NCBI GenBank assembly: GCA_963754925.1 | Contig: CAVWHX010000006.1 | Coordinates: 96,001-160,000 of the forward strand | Length of the DNA stretch: 64,000 bases | From: an uncultured delta proteobacterium | Lineage (GTDB): Bacteria > Myxococcota > B64-G9 | Direction of reading: 5' to 3' | Shown here: positions 1 to 8,836 of the stretch, in pieces | How the letters are laid out: every line of letters starts with the position of its first letter | Position numbering within the stretch: the stretch's first letter is position 1 | Program-made: the position numbers and the translations under genes | Notes under the pieces: model-generated | Told to the model about the DNA's origin: nothing | Database searches by the model: none | The model's input: only the letters and a program-made list of their open reading frames with translations

Positions 1-89
1 AGCATTATCGGAAAAAAGAGAATCAAGGTCATGGCGATGCCCCAGAAGCATATCCAGCATCTCTTCGCGTAGCGCACGACATGGTTCAT
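1..89 (-). CDS. 5' part of a gene running off the window edge (hydrophobic, signal-peptide-like N-terminus)
   Basis: Minus-strand ATG at 89 after a GGAGGT RBS; reads MNHVVRYAKRCWICFWGIAMTLILFFPIML with no stop before the edge. Confidence 0.5.
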   Translation of the reverse strand, partial: MNHVVRYAKRCWICFWGIAMTLILFFPIM

Positions 90-324
90 ACCGTCCACCT
101 CCCGACAGGTTGCCTATTCCATCATTATTTGGGTGTAAACAGCAAGCTTTGGCTGAGAAGGCGCCTTCAGCCCTGGACGTTGACGCTCGACGGGATATTC
201 CTTTCCTCTATCATTCTGTTTTCTGAACGGTATGCTTCGCATAAATTCTTGCCGAGTTCAATTGCTTCTTTCTGCCTATTATGTTGTTGGTACCGATATA
301 CAACTCGTTGGTAATGTCTCAGTT

Positions 325-515
325 TGAGGCTCACGGGTATTCGTCGAACGACAGGGCAAACTGACCCACAACCGGGTATATTGTCATATCGACCGAAGGG
401 AGATATCTAACTGCGATCTCATCGTTATTTAGATTTCTCGCTACCCCTAAAGGGATAAGAGACTGTACGCCTCGCTTCGCTCGCTACAGTCTCTAACGCT
501 CGAAATGACAATCGC
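325..515. repeat. Composite REP-like element, copy 1 (TGTCAT...ATGACA outer palindrome with nested AGAGACTGT...ACAGTCTCT hairpin at 444-495)
   Basis: Near-identical to 21642-21850; internal inverted repeats visible. Confidence 0.85.
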
Positions 516-631
516 TCCGCATGACAATCGCTACGCTCTTGTTACCACCATTGACTCCCCTATGATTTGAGAGTTAGCGTCGATTTGAGAAGGCGCCGGC
601 GGGCGCCGTTGGAAACAAAGGGCGCGCAGGA

Positions 632-1702
632 ATGAACAAGGCAACGAACAAATTCTTTTTTCATCTGACGCCGGATACGGTGCTCAAAGCCCTCGAGGTC
701 AGCGGATTTAAACCTACCGGGCACTGCATGGCCCTAAACAGCTATGAGAATCGGGTGTACGATCTGAAGCTGACCGACGATTCACACGTTGTCGGCAAAT
801 TCTACCGGCCCGGACGATGGAGTAGGGAACAGATACAGGAAGAGCACGCTTTTTTGTCCGAGCTCAAGGAAGACGAGATCCCCGTATGCGCCCCCCTTCA
901 TTTCTCCGACGGGGAAACCATACACGAGATCGAGGGCATCTATTATGCGTTGTGGCCGCGTACCGGCGGGAGGGTGCCGGACGAGTTGAATGACGACGAG
1001 CTGCGGATGCTCGGCAGGCTGCTCGGCCGGATTCACAACCGGGGGGCCGCGAAAAATGCGGAGCACCGGATCCGGCTTACCGGAACATCCTATGGGCTGG
1101 AGCCGCTTGCCTTTCTGACTGAGCATGATTTTATTCCCCGGCAATTCCTGGACCGGTTCGGAAATGCCGTAAAAGAAATCGCCACAATTTACGATACTCT
1201 TTCCGCGGGGGTCCCGTTTTACCGGATACACGGCGATTGCCACCGGGGAAATCTTCTCAACGGGAACGATGGATTTTTTTTCTTGGATTTTGACGATTTT
1301 CTCACCGGTCCCGCGGTCCAAGACGTATGGATGCTGGTTCCGGCGCGGGACAAGGAAGGGCTCAGGCAGCGGGAAATATTCCTCGAGGCGTACGGGCTGT
1401 TTAGGGATTTCAATCCCTTGTGGCTGCGCCTGGTCGAACCGCTCAGGGCGCTGCGGTATATCAGGTACGCGGCATGGATAGCGCAGCGCTGGGACGATCC
1501 CGCGTTTCCGGCGGCTTTTCCGCACTTCGGCACGGTGCAGTACTGGGAGAAAGAGACCTTTGACCTTGAAGAACAACTGGAATATTTCCATAAAAATACC
1601 GAGGACCTGCCGGAAGGCATCAGAAGGCCCACGCCGCCCGAAGATGAAACCAAAGAGATGACCAACGCGGATTATTTCTGGGACTGGGAGGACAAGAAAT
1701 AA
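632..1702 (+). CDS. srkA: Stress response Ser/Thr kinase (SrkA/RdoA/YihE, APH family)
   Basis: Motifs LNSYENRVY, KFYRPGRWS, HGDCHxGN, DFDD, RWDDPAFPAAFP. Confidence 0.92.
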   Translation: MNKATNKFFFHLTPDTVLKALEVSGFKPTGHCMALNSYENRVYDLKLTDDSHVVGKFYRPGRWSREQIQEEHAFLSELKEDEIPVCAPLHFSDGETIHEIEGIYYALWPRTGGRVPDELNDDELRMLGRLLGRIHNRGAAKNAEHRIRLTGTSYGLEPLAFLTEHDFIPRQFLDRFGNAVKEIATIYDTLSAGVPFYRIHGDCHRGNLLNGNDGFFFLDFDDFLTGPAVQDVWMLVPARDKEGLRQREIFLEAYGLFRDFNPLWLRLVEPLRALRYIRYAAWIAQRWDDPAFPAAFPHFGTVQYWEKETFDLEEQLEYFHKNTEDLPEGIRRPTPPEDETKEMTNADYFWDWEDKK

Positions 1703-1731
1703 CTGGGTTAATCCATCACGGTGATTTCACT

Positions 1732-2307
1732 TCACCATACCCAAGGGATTAGTTTCTTTGTCTGAGTTTGATATTCTTTGTAGTCAGAACCTATGGATGC
1801 AACAAGAGTTAGCTCTTCGATGTGAATCCTATATATGAGAGCAATAAGTGGAAGTACCACCGCAAACGCTAACGATAGCCAGTTCTGAACAGCGATGCCA
1901 AAGCCGAAACACACTAATATCAATCCAGTGTATGAAGGGTGTCGCAGAATTCTGTAAGGACCAGTTCTGATTACCCGTTGCTCGGTATGTGTCTCAACAG
2001 TGGTACGGAATGATACGCCAAGCGTAACAACAGCCCAAATGCGCAATCCAAATCCCATCAGCATGATGCATAGCCCAATCCAGAAGCCAATTTCAGACCT
2101 GCCGCCCGGAAAGAAAAACGTGGCATTTCCGTGAATGATTCCTGCGATGGTAATACCAAGGAAAAGTGCGATGCCGTTGAAGTAGCGGGTCCCCCGGTCA
2201 TTTCCGGTTTTGCCTTTGCCCTGCATTCGATCTCGAACGACAAGCCACATCTCAAAAGAAATCCAAATTAATAAGATTATACATATTAAAATAACGTACT
2301 TGATCAT
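1732..2307 (-). CDS. Isoprenylcysteine carboxyl methyltransferase family membrane protein
   Basis: GPYRILRHPSYTG and RIxxEE motifs; several TM segments. Confidence 0.85.
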   Translation of the reverse strand: MIKYVILICIILLIWISFEMWLVVRDRMQGKGKTGNDRGTRYFNGIALFLGITIAGIIHGNATFFFPGGRSEIGFWIGLCIMLMGFGLRIWAVVTLGVSFRTTVETHTEQRVIRTGPYRILRHPSYTGLILVCFGFGIAVQNWLSLAFAVVLPLIALIYRIHIEELTLVASIGSDYKEYQTQTKKLIPWVW

Positions 2308-2359
2308 CCTATATACCTCTCATGTCATCTGTCTAAGTGTCAAACGAGCACCCATTCTC

Positions 2360-2407
2360 GACTGCCGCCAAAGCGCTAGCGGCATCCTTCTGCAACTAAT
2401 GTTAGGT
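2360..2407 (-). other. Truncated attC-like site
   Basis: Minus strand ACCTAAC-ATTAGTTGCAG then a TGCCGC...GCGGCA hairpin, downstream of the flavin reductase stop; no matching GTTRRRY. Confidence 0.45.
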
Positions 2408-2457
2408 ACCCCGCAACAGTAATTTGTAAACAACAATTTGAAGTATGGGCTAATTAT

Positions 2458-2954
2458 TCAAATTTCATAACACTCCACTATTTCTCCAAAATAGAGCGTA
2501 TGAAAATCGTTTTTCGGATAGAGTCGCTGACATTCCACATCCAGGAATGCGGGATTCATAGCGGATTTGTAGACGATTTTACATTCAAAGTGGATCCCCG
2601 ATATCTGAATGATCGGTGAAAGGGTCTTTTGCGCCGGACCCGGTTTCAGGCCGCATTCTTTGAATTTATCGTACGTTCGCCCCGATTTGGTCCCGCAAAA
2701 CATGAGCTCATCGTTCAGGTCGTCTTTTGGAAAGGACACCGTGAAATCCGCTGCATTTTCCATGATCCCAAAGGTGTGTCGAGAGTTGCGGACGGCAACC
2801 ATCATGATCGGCTTTGTCCAGACGATCCCCACCGTGGCCCAGCCGATGGTCATGGTGTTAAGTTGGGCTTCCGCCTTGACCGTTAAAAATGCCCCTTTTT
2901 AATTTGCGTCATCGCCTTTTCAGCGACCGACAGGTAATCTACACGATTCATCAT
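2458..2954 (-). pseudogene. Flavin reductase family protein with a 1-nt deletion at ~2895 (or sequencing error)
   Basis: MMNRVDYL...QIK joins GAFLTVKAEAQLNTMTIGW if one base is added in the A5G4 run; CGTKSGR..DKF motif. Confidence 0.8.
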
Positions 2955-2987
2955 CAGCTCCTTGTGTCTTTCTTTGCCATGTTAATA

Positions 2988-3464
2988 CTACCTTTCAACT
3001 GGAATATACTGAAGTCGATTGACCAGGGTATCAATAAACGCCGCTTGTCCCTTTAATATTTTGATCTTTGCTTCCGCAACGCCAAACCATTGGCATCGGT
3101 CTATTTCTGGATATTTTTTGATAGTACCTGAATTAGCCGGCCACTCGAGCTCAAAAGTATTGCTAACTATTTTAGATACATCCAAGTCTTGTTCTGCAAC
3201 CCATGCAAATACAATCTTACCGCTTGGTTGCTTGAGAGATCCGAGCTCCATAAGTTCTCCCTCAACATCGAATCCCGTTTCTTCTTTGAATTCTCTCTTT
3301 GCAGCCTCTAGCGGTTCTTCATTCTCTTCGAATAAACCCTTGGGAATCGACCATGCCGCATCATCTTTTTTAGTCCAAAATGGGCCGCCGGGATGCGCCA
3401 GCATCACCCGAAGCTCACCATCTTCGTATTTATACAACAATATCCCGGCGCTTTTAGGAGCCAT
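2988..3464 (-). CDS. NUDIX hydrolase
   Basis: Nudix box G..E..E....AAKREFKEETG; HPGGPFW. Confidence 0.9.
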   Translation of the reverse strand: MAPKSAGILLYKYEDGELRVMLAHPGGPFWTKKDDAAWSIPKGLFEENEEPLEAAKREFKEETGFDVEGELMELGSLKQPSGKIVFAWVAEQDLDVSKIVSNTFELEWPANSGTIKKYPEIDRCQWFGVAEAKIKILKGQAAFIDTLVNRLQYIPVER

Positions 3465-3488
3465 GATGGTCGGACCCCTTTTTGACTT

Positions 3489-4136
3489 CTACTCCCACCT
3501 ACGTATTCTCCATCCTCGTTTCATCGCAATTCGTTCCAGCTTTTTATCGGGAGTAACGCACACGGGAATGCCGATCTCCTCGAGCAGCGGAAGGTCGTTG
3601 ATCGAATCTGCATAGTAGTAGCAATCCTTCATGCTAACACCCTGAGTTAAGCAATATTGTCGCGCCCGCGAAAGCTTCTCCCGGCCATGACAATAGCTGC
3701 CCTTCAGGTTGCCGGTAAAACGGCCGTCGATGAATTCAAGTTCGGTACAGATGACGTCATCCATACCCAAGGCGTTCTTGACCACCTCGCAGAAAAATGT
3801 CGTCGACGCCGAGAGTATGACGGTCCGGCCGCCATTGTCCCGATGCAATTGCACCTCCTTCCGCGCATCGTTGCGGATAACATTTTGCAGTTCCTTCACC
3901 CAATCGGAGGCGATAGGCGCGAACGTTTCTATACTCGTGCCGCGATACCATCCAACCCAGCGTCTAATTATCGATTCCTCGCTCATAATGCCTAAACGGT
4001 ACAACACGGTGAAAAGGAAGGCCTTGAAAATTTCCGTCCTACCGATGATTCCATGCCGGTATGATTCTCTGAACATGACCCGTCCGCTCGAGATGTTCAG
4101 GATGGTATGATCAAGATCGAAAAAGGCTATGTACAT
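3489..4136 (-). CDS. HAD-IB family hydrolase (SerB-like)
   Basis: FFDLDHT motif I, SAS motif II, YADSINDLPLL motif IV. Confidence 0.9.
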   Translation of the reverse strand: MYIAFFDLDHTILNISSGRVMFRESYRHGIIGRTEIFKAFLFTVLYRLGIMSEESIIRRWVGWYRGTSIETFAPIASDWVKELQNVIRNDARKEVQLHRDNGGRTVILSASTTFFCEVVKNALGMDDVICTELEFIDGRFTGNLKGSYCHGREKLSRARQYCLTQGVSMKDCYYYADSINDLPLLEEIGIPVCVTPDKKLERIAMKRGWRIRRWE

Positions 4137-4165
4137 TGTTAACTAAAACCTATCGGTTAGGATCA

Positions 4166-4181
4166 AAGGGTCAGACCCCTT
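4166..4181. repeat. Short palindromic junction motif AAGGGTCAGACCCCTT
   Basis: Hairpin between cassette-like genes; related copies at ~3468, 8521, 10442, 13150, 14175, 20575. Confidence 0.6.
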
Positions 4182-4295
4182 ATTTTCACCTACGAAGTTA
4201 TTTGTTAGCACCTATTAATTCTAGCTTTTTCGTACATACCCTTTCGCTTAGTCTATAAGTAGTTCTATTTGATGCCATGGTTAGGTGCCTTGGCA

Positions 4296-4832
4296 CTATT
4301 TCATCCTTGATCGTAGCTTGATCCTATCGCCGGCAACCATAAAGTTGCCGCTTCCAAGATGATGAATCGTCCGCGGGTTTTTCACCATGGGGTCAATCCA
4401 TGCCTTGATGACCTCAACGACAAATAAACAATACGTGGCTACCATCTTTGTGTCAGCCACCCGGCACTCAAGATTTGCATAGCACTCATCAATGAGAGGC
4501 GCTCCGACGCGCGAAGCAGGCTTGGGTGTGAGACCAAAGGTCTCGAACTTGTCTATTTTCGCACCCGACGTATTGCCACAACCCACGACCTTTTCAGCTA
4601 TCTCTACCGTAGGAATGTTTATCACGCATTCGTTGGTCGCCTTCAAAAGGCCGAAGGAATAGTTGCGATTGCTGACCACGCAACCCACGAGCGGTGGCTC
4701 AAACTCGATCATGGTGTGCCATGACATAGTCATGATGTTTGGGTTCCCATCCCGGGCGGTCGTGACCATGACAACCGGCCCCGGCTCGAGCAAGCCATAG
4801 ACCTTGGAAAGAGGAAATGATTTCTTTGCCAT
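4296..4832 (-). CDS. Flavin reductase family protein
   Basis: LLEPGPVVMVTT, NIMTMSWH, CGNTSGAKIDKF, IHHLG; GGTGG RBS before ATG 4832; ACCTAAC just after the stop. Confidence 0.88.
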   Translation of the reverse strand: MAKKSFPLSKVYGLLEPGPVVMVTTARDGNPNIMTMSWHTMIEFEPPLVGCVVSNRNYSFGLLKATNECVINIPTVEIAEKVVGCGNTSGAKIDKFETFGLTPKPASRVGAPLIDECYANLECRVADTKMVATYCLFVVEVIKAWIDPMVKNPRTIHHLGSGNFMVAGDRIKLRSRMK

Positions 4833-5030
4833 GTTAATACCACCTTTAATCAACAATAGCCCGGCGCTCCGAGGAATCTTGATTCGCCCACAAGGATATC
4901 GGCTCCAACGCCTGGTTGGGTCTACGCTGAAATTGCTATGCCGTGGTTTTGATCATCTGTCAATATCTCGAATGCGGCACCTCAAGCCATTCGGCCAATC
5001 GGTATTCTTGCTTGGCAACGGCATGCTGGT

Positions 5031-5068
5031 CCAAAAAGCTAACGGTCGAGTTGGGTGATTGGCCCGCA
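5031..5068. repeat. Dispersed repeat CCAAAAAGCTAACGGTCGAGTTGGGTGATTGGCCCGCA, copy 1
   Basis: Also at 6411-6444 and 8651-8701. Confidence 0.85.
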
Positions 5069-5218
5069 GAACCGATTACTGACCTTTTACGAAAATTCTG
5101 ATCCATCTATGGCTTCTTTCTATCTTATATGCTACACCATTAGGGTCTCATCTCAAGAGAGCGCGGGTAATTCTGCCCATACCTCTTTCGTGGTGTTTCT
5201 TTCCTCAAGGAGGATTTT

Positions 5219-5542
5219 ATGGGCAAAAAACTCTATGTTGGTAATCTCCCGTATTCAGCAAACGATCAATTTTTGCTAGACCTATTTGCTCAATGCGGAA
5301 CTGTCGAATCAGCCAAGGTCATCACTGATCGCGAAACCGGCCGAAGCAAGGGCTTTGGCTTTGTCGAGATGTCAACGGACGCCGAGGCTACCGCGGCCAT
5401 TCAAAAATTCAACGGTATGGATCAAGAAGGACGGGCTATGGCCGTCAACGAGGCTCGGCCAATGGAGCGAAGAGACGACCGTCGGGGGGGATATGAGGGA
5501 GGAGGCAGAGGGGGTGGCGGAGGTGGACGTAATCGGTATTAG
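5219..5542 (+). CDS. RRM (RNP-1) RNA-binding protein with Gly-rich tail
   Basis: KLYVGNL (RNP2), RSKGFGFVEM (RNP1), VNEARP; AGGAGG RBS. Confidence 0.95.
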   Translation: MGKKLYVGNLPYSANDQFLLDLFAQCGTVESAKVITDRETGRSKGFGFVEMSTDAEATAAIQKFNGMDQEGRAMAVNEARPMERRDDRRGGYEGGGRGGGGGGRNRY

Positions 5543-5572
5543 TAAACGTCTAACACTATCCATTTGATGAGC

Positions 5573-5938
5573 TCAGCCGGCGAGACCCCTGCCCAGACAC
5601 TCGGCCTTCTCCAGCAATGTCTTCAATTCGCGTGAGGGATCCCGCCTGCTGTCTCCGTGATTGGCCGCGCGCCGCACTGCGTCCAGAGCCCGCATGAACT
5701 CAAAGTTGTTCGTGCCGCCCGTGGTGAGGAGCTCGTGCAGCTTGCGGACGCGGTGTTTCAGATCTTTGTAGTTTTGGTTCACGGGGTCCTCCACGAGTTC
5801 GTGTGCTTCGGGTGCGGTGTCAGCGCTATTGGGAATCCTCTTTCGGTTCCGAGAGCGCAGGAATCGTCTTGGAAGCGACAAGAAGATTGATGCGTTGGCG
5901 AAACGTAAATTACTCAAAGGAACCGTATCACATTCCAC
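5573..5938 (-). CDS. Hypothetical protein (true start probably further downstream)
   Basis: ORF with a helical-looking C-terminal half; no family recognised. Confidence 0.35.
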   Translation of the reverse strand: MECDTVPLSNLRFANASIFLSLPRRFLRSRNRKRIPNSADTAPEAHELVEDPVNQNYKDLKHRVRKLHELLTTGGTNNFEFMRALDAVRRAANHGDSRRDPSRELKTLLEKAECLGRGLAG

Positions 5939-6033
5939 CAGCGATGTACACCATCCTCCGTCTCCAGTTTCTAGAATTCCCTTCGGTCATGACGGGTTCT
6001 AAATTGGTGATGTAATTTTTAACGAAGGACCAA

Positions 6034-6327
6034 TTAGGCGACCCGGAACCTAACTTCCACTTCAACATCCTCGTTCAGTTTTTCAAGGATCATTATCATG
6101 CGATCCATGGTGAACCGATCCAAGCGCGCGTTGCGGATGCGCGAAAACTCCGAGTGAGAGATGCCCGTTCGTCTTTCAGCCTCGCGTGTTGATAAACCAC
6201 GCTCGTCAAGCGTCTGAATGATCTTGGCTGCAAGAATTGCACGAGCTTGTTTAAGACCGGAATGCTCGCGACCTAAATCACGAAATACGTTGCCGCTGCC
6301 GCGAACGAGTTCAGAATCTTTTTTCAT
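6034..6327 (-). CDS. XRE/HTH antitoxin (HigA-like)
   Basis: GSGNVFRDLG signature, HTH segment, RFTMDRM. Confidence 0.85.
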   Translation of the reverse strand: MKKDSELVRGSGNVFRDLGREHSGLKQARAILAAKIIQTLDERGLSTREAERRTGISHSEFSRIRNARLDRFTMDRMIMILEKLNEDVEVEVRFRVA

Positions 6328-6392
6328 TGTAAAATCTCCTTCAGTCGTTTCAGGCGTTCACGGATAAGATTGACTTCCATTAGAGGCGTTTC
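6324..6392 (-). pseudogene. 3' remnant of a RelE/HigB-type toxin
   Basis: Reads ...TPLMEVNLIRERLKRLKEILQ* with ATGA overlap onto the antitoxin; 5' part missing. Confidence 0.6.
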
Positions 6393-6410
6393 TCCGCCAA
6401 CATCATGGCT

Positions 6411-6444
6411 GTGTGTAGCGGATCCAAAAAGCTAACGGTCGAGT
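6411..6444. repeat. Dispersed repeat, copy 2
   Basis: GTGTGTAGCGGATCCAAAAAGCTAACGGTCGAGT. Confidence 0.85.
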
Positions 6445-6676
6445 AGCCTTGCACAAGGCCGATCGAATTTCAAGCGAAGTCGAGCAGATCCTTGAGGGGG
6501 AGTGAAGCGGCTTGGTATCTCTGGCATGTGCTGGGGCAAGAGACGTGGTCCTGTGAGGGTGCTCAGAGAAGAAGACCTGTTTTGACATTTCTATCCTCGA
6601 TGATTAGGTAGACGTGGTACCTGTGCGCGGGATTGACCGAAAGAAATCCAGCGCCAGCCAGGAGGAGGGAGTGAAA

Positions 6677-7195
6677 ATGCGGATAAATAAAATATTTTTA
6701 CTGGTAGTCGTGCTCGCGACTACTGCCGTGTTCGCTATGGAGCAAGGCGAGGGCAAGAAGTCGGTCGTGCCGCAGACGTCCGAGTGGAAGAAGCTCACGT
6801 CGCTGGTCGGCGAGTGGGAGGGAGTGATGGACATGAACGGCAAGCCGATGGCGACCAAGCTGGAGATCCGCATGACCGGCGACGGCTCTGCGATCATGCA
6901 CCTGATGGACAAGGATTCGTCGCACGAGATGCTCACCATGATTTATCCGGACGGCAAACGGCTGCTGGCGACGCACTACTGTGCCGCGCACAATCAGCCG
7001 CGAATGGCGATGGTTCCGTCGAAGGCGCCTAACCAAGTCGCGTTCGAATTTGTGGACGGGACAAACATTGGTCCGGGGGAGGGCTATATGAAGGGCGTCG
7101 TCTTCACGTTCATTGACGCGGATCACCACGAAGAGGCTTGGACCAACTCATCGAGCCCCGCCGCATTTGTCTTCAAATACACGCGAAAGAAGTAA
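6677..7195 (+). CDS. Secreted hypothetical beta-rich protein
   Basis: Signal peptide MRINKIFLLVVVLATTAVFA; LxGxWEG and THYCAAHNQPRM motifs; GGAGG RBS. Confidence 0.75.
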   Translation: MRINKIFLLVVVLATTAVFAMEQGEGKKSVVPQTSEWKKLTSLVGEWEGVMDMNGKPMATKLEIRMTGDGSAIMHLMDKDSSHEMLTMIYPDGKRLLATHYCAAHNQPRMAMVPSKAPNQVAFEFVDGTNIGPGEGYMKGVVFTFIDADHHEEAWTNSSSPAAFVFKYTRKK

Positions 7196-7229
7196 TACGG
7201 GGTCAAAACCATCCTCCGTCCCCAGTTAC

Positions 7230-8417
7230 TTACACCGGTTCGGTTGGTTGAGGAATCGCTTTTCTCTCGGTCGCCCAGAGTTCGTCAAGAAACATCTGCC
7301 AGGGAAGAATTTCGATTCTGTCGATCTTCCTCGGGGCGGCTTCCCGGCATACGAGGATGAGTCGTTTCATGGCTCCCTCTTCATCGAGTGCCTTCAGACC
7401 GTTGAGGTGCCTCTCCGTCACGTGCGTGGTCGTCTTGGTCTCAATGGCGGTGGACTCGTCGAGAATGAAATCGACCTCGAAGCCGGATTTTGAGCGCCAG
7501 TAATGGAGCGGCATGCGCGGATGAGTAATGTCAATCCAGGCCCTCAGCTCCAGAAAAATAAAGTGCTCGAAGAACTCCCCATACTCAGTATTGGCCGGGG
7601 TAATCTGCTTCAGGCGCCGCAAGGCCCGCACCACCCCCAGGTCGAAGAAATAGAACTTGGGTGTGCCGATGGCCTTGCGCTTGACTGTCTTGCAATAGGG
7701 TTCGAGATTGAACCCGAGGAGTGTGTCCTTGAGCACCTGGAAATAGTTCTGCACCGTCTGGCGTGAAACCTGCGCATCGCTGCCGATGGATGCCGCGTTG
7801 ACAAGCTGGGCGTTGGCTGTGGCAGCAACTTGTAAGAAGCGCGCGAATGCCGGGATGTTCCGCGCGATGCCTTCGGCGGCGATCTCCTCGGTCAGATACC
7901 GGCTGACATAGGCATCGAGCGCTTCTTCCGGATCTGACGAGAAATAGTGACTGGGGATGAGGCCGGAGTTCATGGCGCGCTCGAGCGAGAAGCCGTGTTC
8001 CTTCACCTCGCGGTACACAAAAGGATGCATCCTGCGATCGCGCCCACGTCCGCCGAGGAGGTTGGTGCCCGCACGCCGGAGCTTACGCGCACTCGATCCG
8101 GTAAGCAAAAAGCGAATGCCACGCTCCTCAATAAGCAGTTGGACCTCGTCGAGCAACTCCGGACATTTTTGAATTTCATCGATGCATACCACGGTGTTCT
8201 TTAGGTTAAGTGCCGCGATCTGCTGGCGCATTTCAGTCGGATCCGCGAGCAAGCGAAGCAGCAGCCCGTGATCGAGCAAGTTGAAAGTTAGGGCAACATC
8301 CTTTCCCAATTGCTCACGGACATACGTGGACTTTCCCGTCTGTCGTGGACCGAAAAGAAATACTGTGTTTTCGAGTAGTAACCGCGACAGTTCCAACATT
8401 CTTTGGACATAGACCAT
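7230..8417 (-). CDS. AAA_14 ATPase with DUF4143 C-terminal domain
   Basis: GPRQTGKS Walker A, IDEIQK Walker B, LTGSS, KFYFFDLG, EVDF...AIETK. Confidence 0.9.
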   Translation of the reverse strand: MVYVQRMLELSRLLLENTVFLFGPRQTGKSTYVREQLGKDVALTFNLLDHGLLLRLLADPTEMRQQIAALNLKNTVVCIDEIQKCPELLDEVQLLIEERGIRFLLTGSSARKLRRAGTNLLGGRGRDRRMHPFVYREVKEHGFSLERAMNSGLIPSHYFSSDPEEALDAYVSRYLTEEIAAEGIARNIPAFARFLQVAATANAQLVNAASIGSDAQVSRQTVQNYFQVLKDTLLGFNLEPYCKTVKRKAIGTPKFYFFDLGVVRALRRLKQITPANTEYGEFFEHFIFLELRAWIDITHPRMPLHYWRSKSGFEVDFILDESTAIETKTTTHVTERHLNGLKALDEEGAMKRLILVCREAAPRKIDRIEILPWQMFLDELWATERKAIPQPTEPV

Positions 8418-8650
8418 GTTCTCTCCCTCTCCCACAAACACTATTTGCCATTATCATAATAAACGCTAATAGCATTTGCGTCAACTGGAATGTCAGGCCA
8501 TCAATGTGCCATCCGGCTTTGGGGTCGATCCCTACCGGACGCGTGATAACGGCAGGCAAAGAGACATGCCCTTTTCAACTTATTAACAATTGGTTACCGA
8601 TCTGGTTACCGATCGGCTGGCACCTTGGAGGGGGATTTTGGGACTAAAGA

Positions 8651-8701
8651 GTGTGTAGCGGAGCCAAAAAGCTAACGGGCGAGTTGGGTGATTGGCCCGC
8701 A
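8651..8701. repeat. Dispersed repeat, copy 3
   Basis: GTGTGTAGCGGAGCCAAAAAGCTAACGGGCGAGTTGGGTGATTGGCCCGCA. Confidence 0.85.
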
Positions 8702-8836
8702 AAAAGAAGCTCTCATAATGTCCTTAGGTTTGATTATAAGAACGGGCGTGATTGACCTGTTGGCAGAACTCTTGTATCTCATTTTGCACGGCGCCTCTGC
8801 TACATTTTCTTACTATTCGCCTAAGTGTCAAGTGAC

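Noticed and set aside
348..375. ACAGGGCAAAC resembling the start of a c-di-GMP-I riboswitch (also ~21670)
   Set aside because: No GAAA tetraloop stem or GACGCAAAGC continuation; it is part of the duplicated REP-containing segment
782..1591. Long antisense ORFs (also 32625-33530, 26607-27224, 37144-37821 and similar)
   Set aside because: Shadows of well-supported genes on the opposite strand with no recognisable motifs
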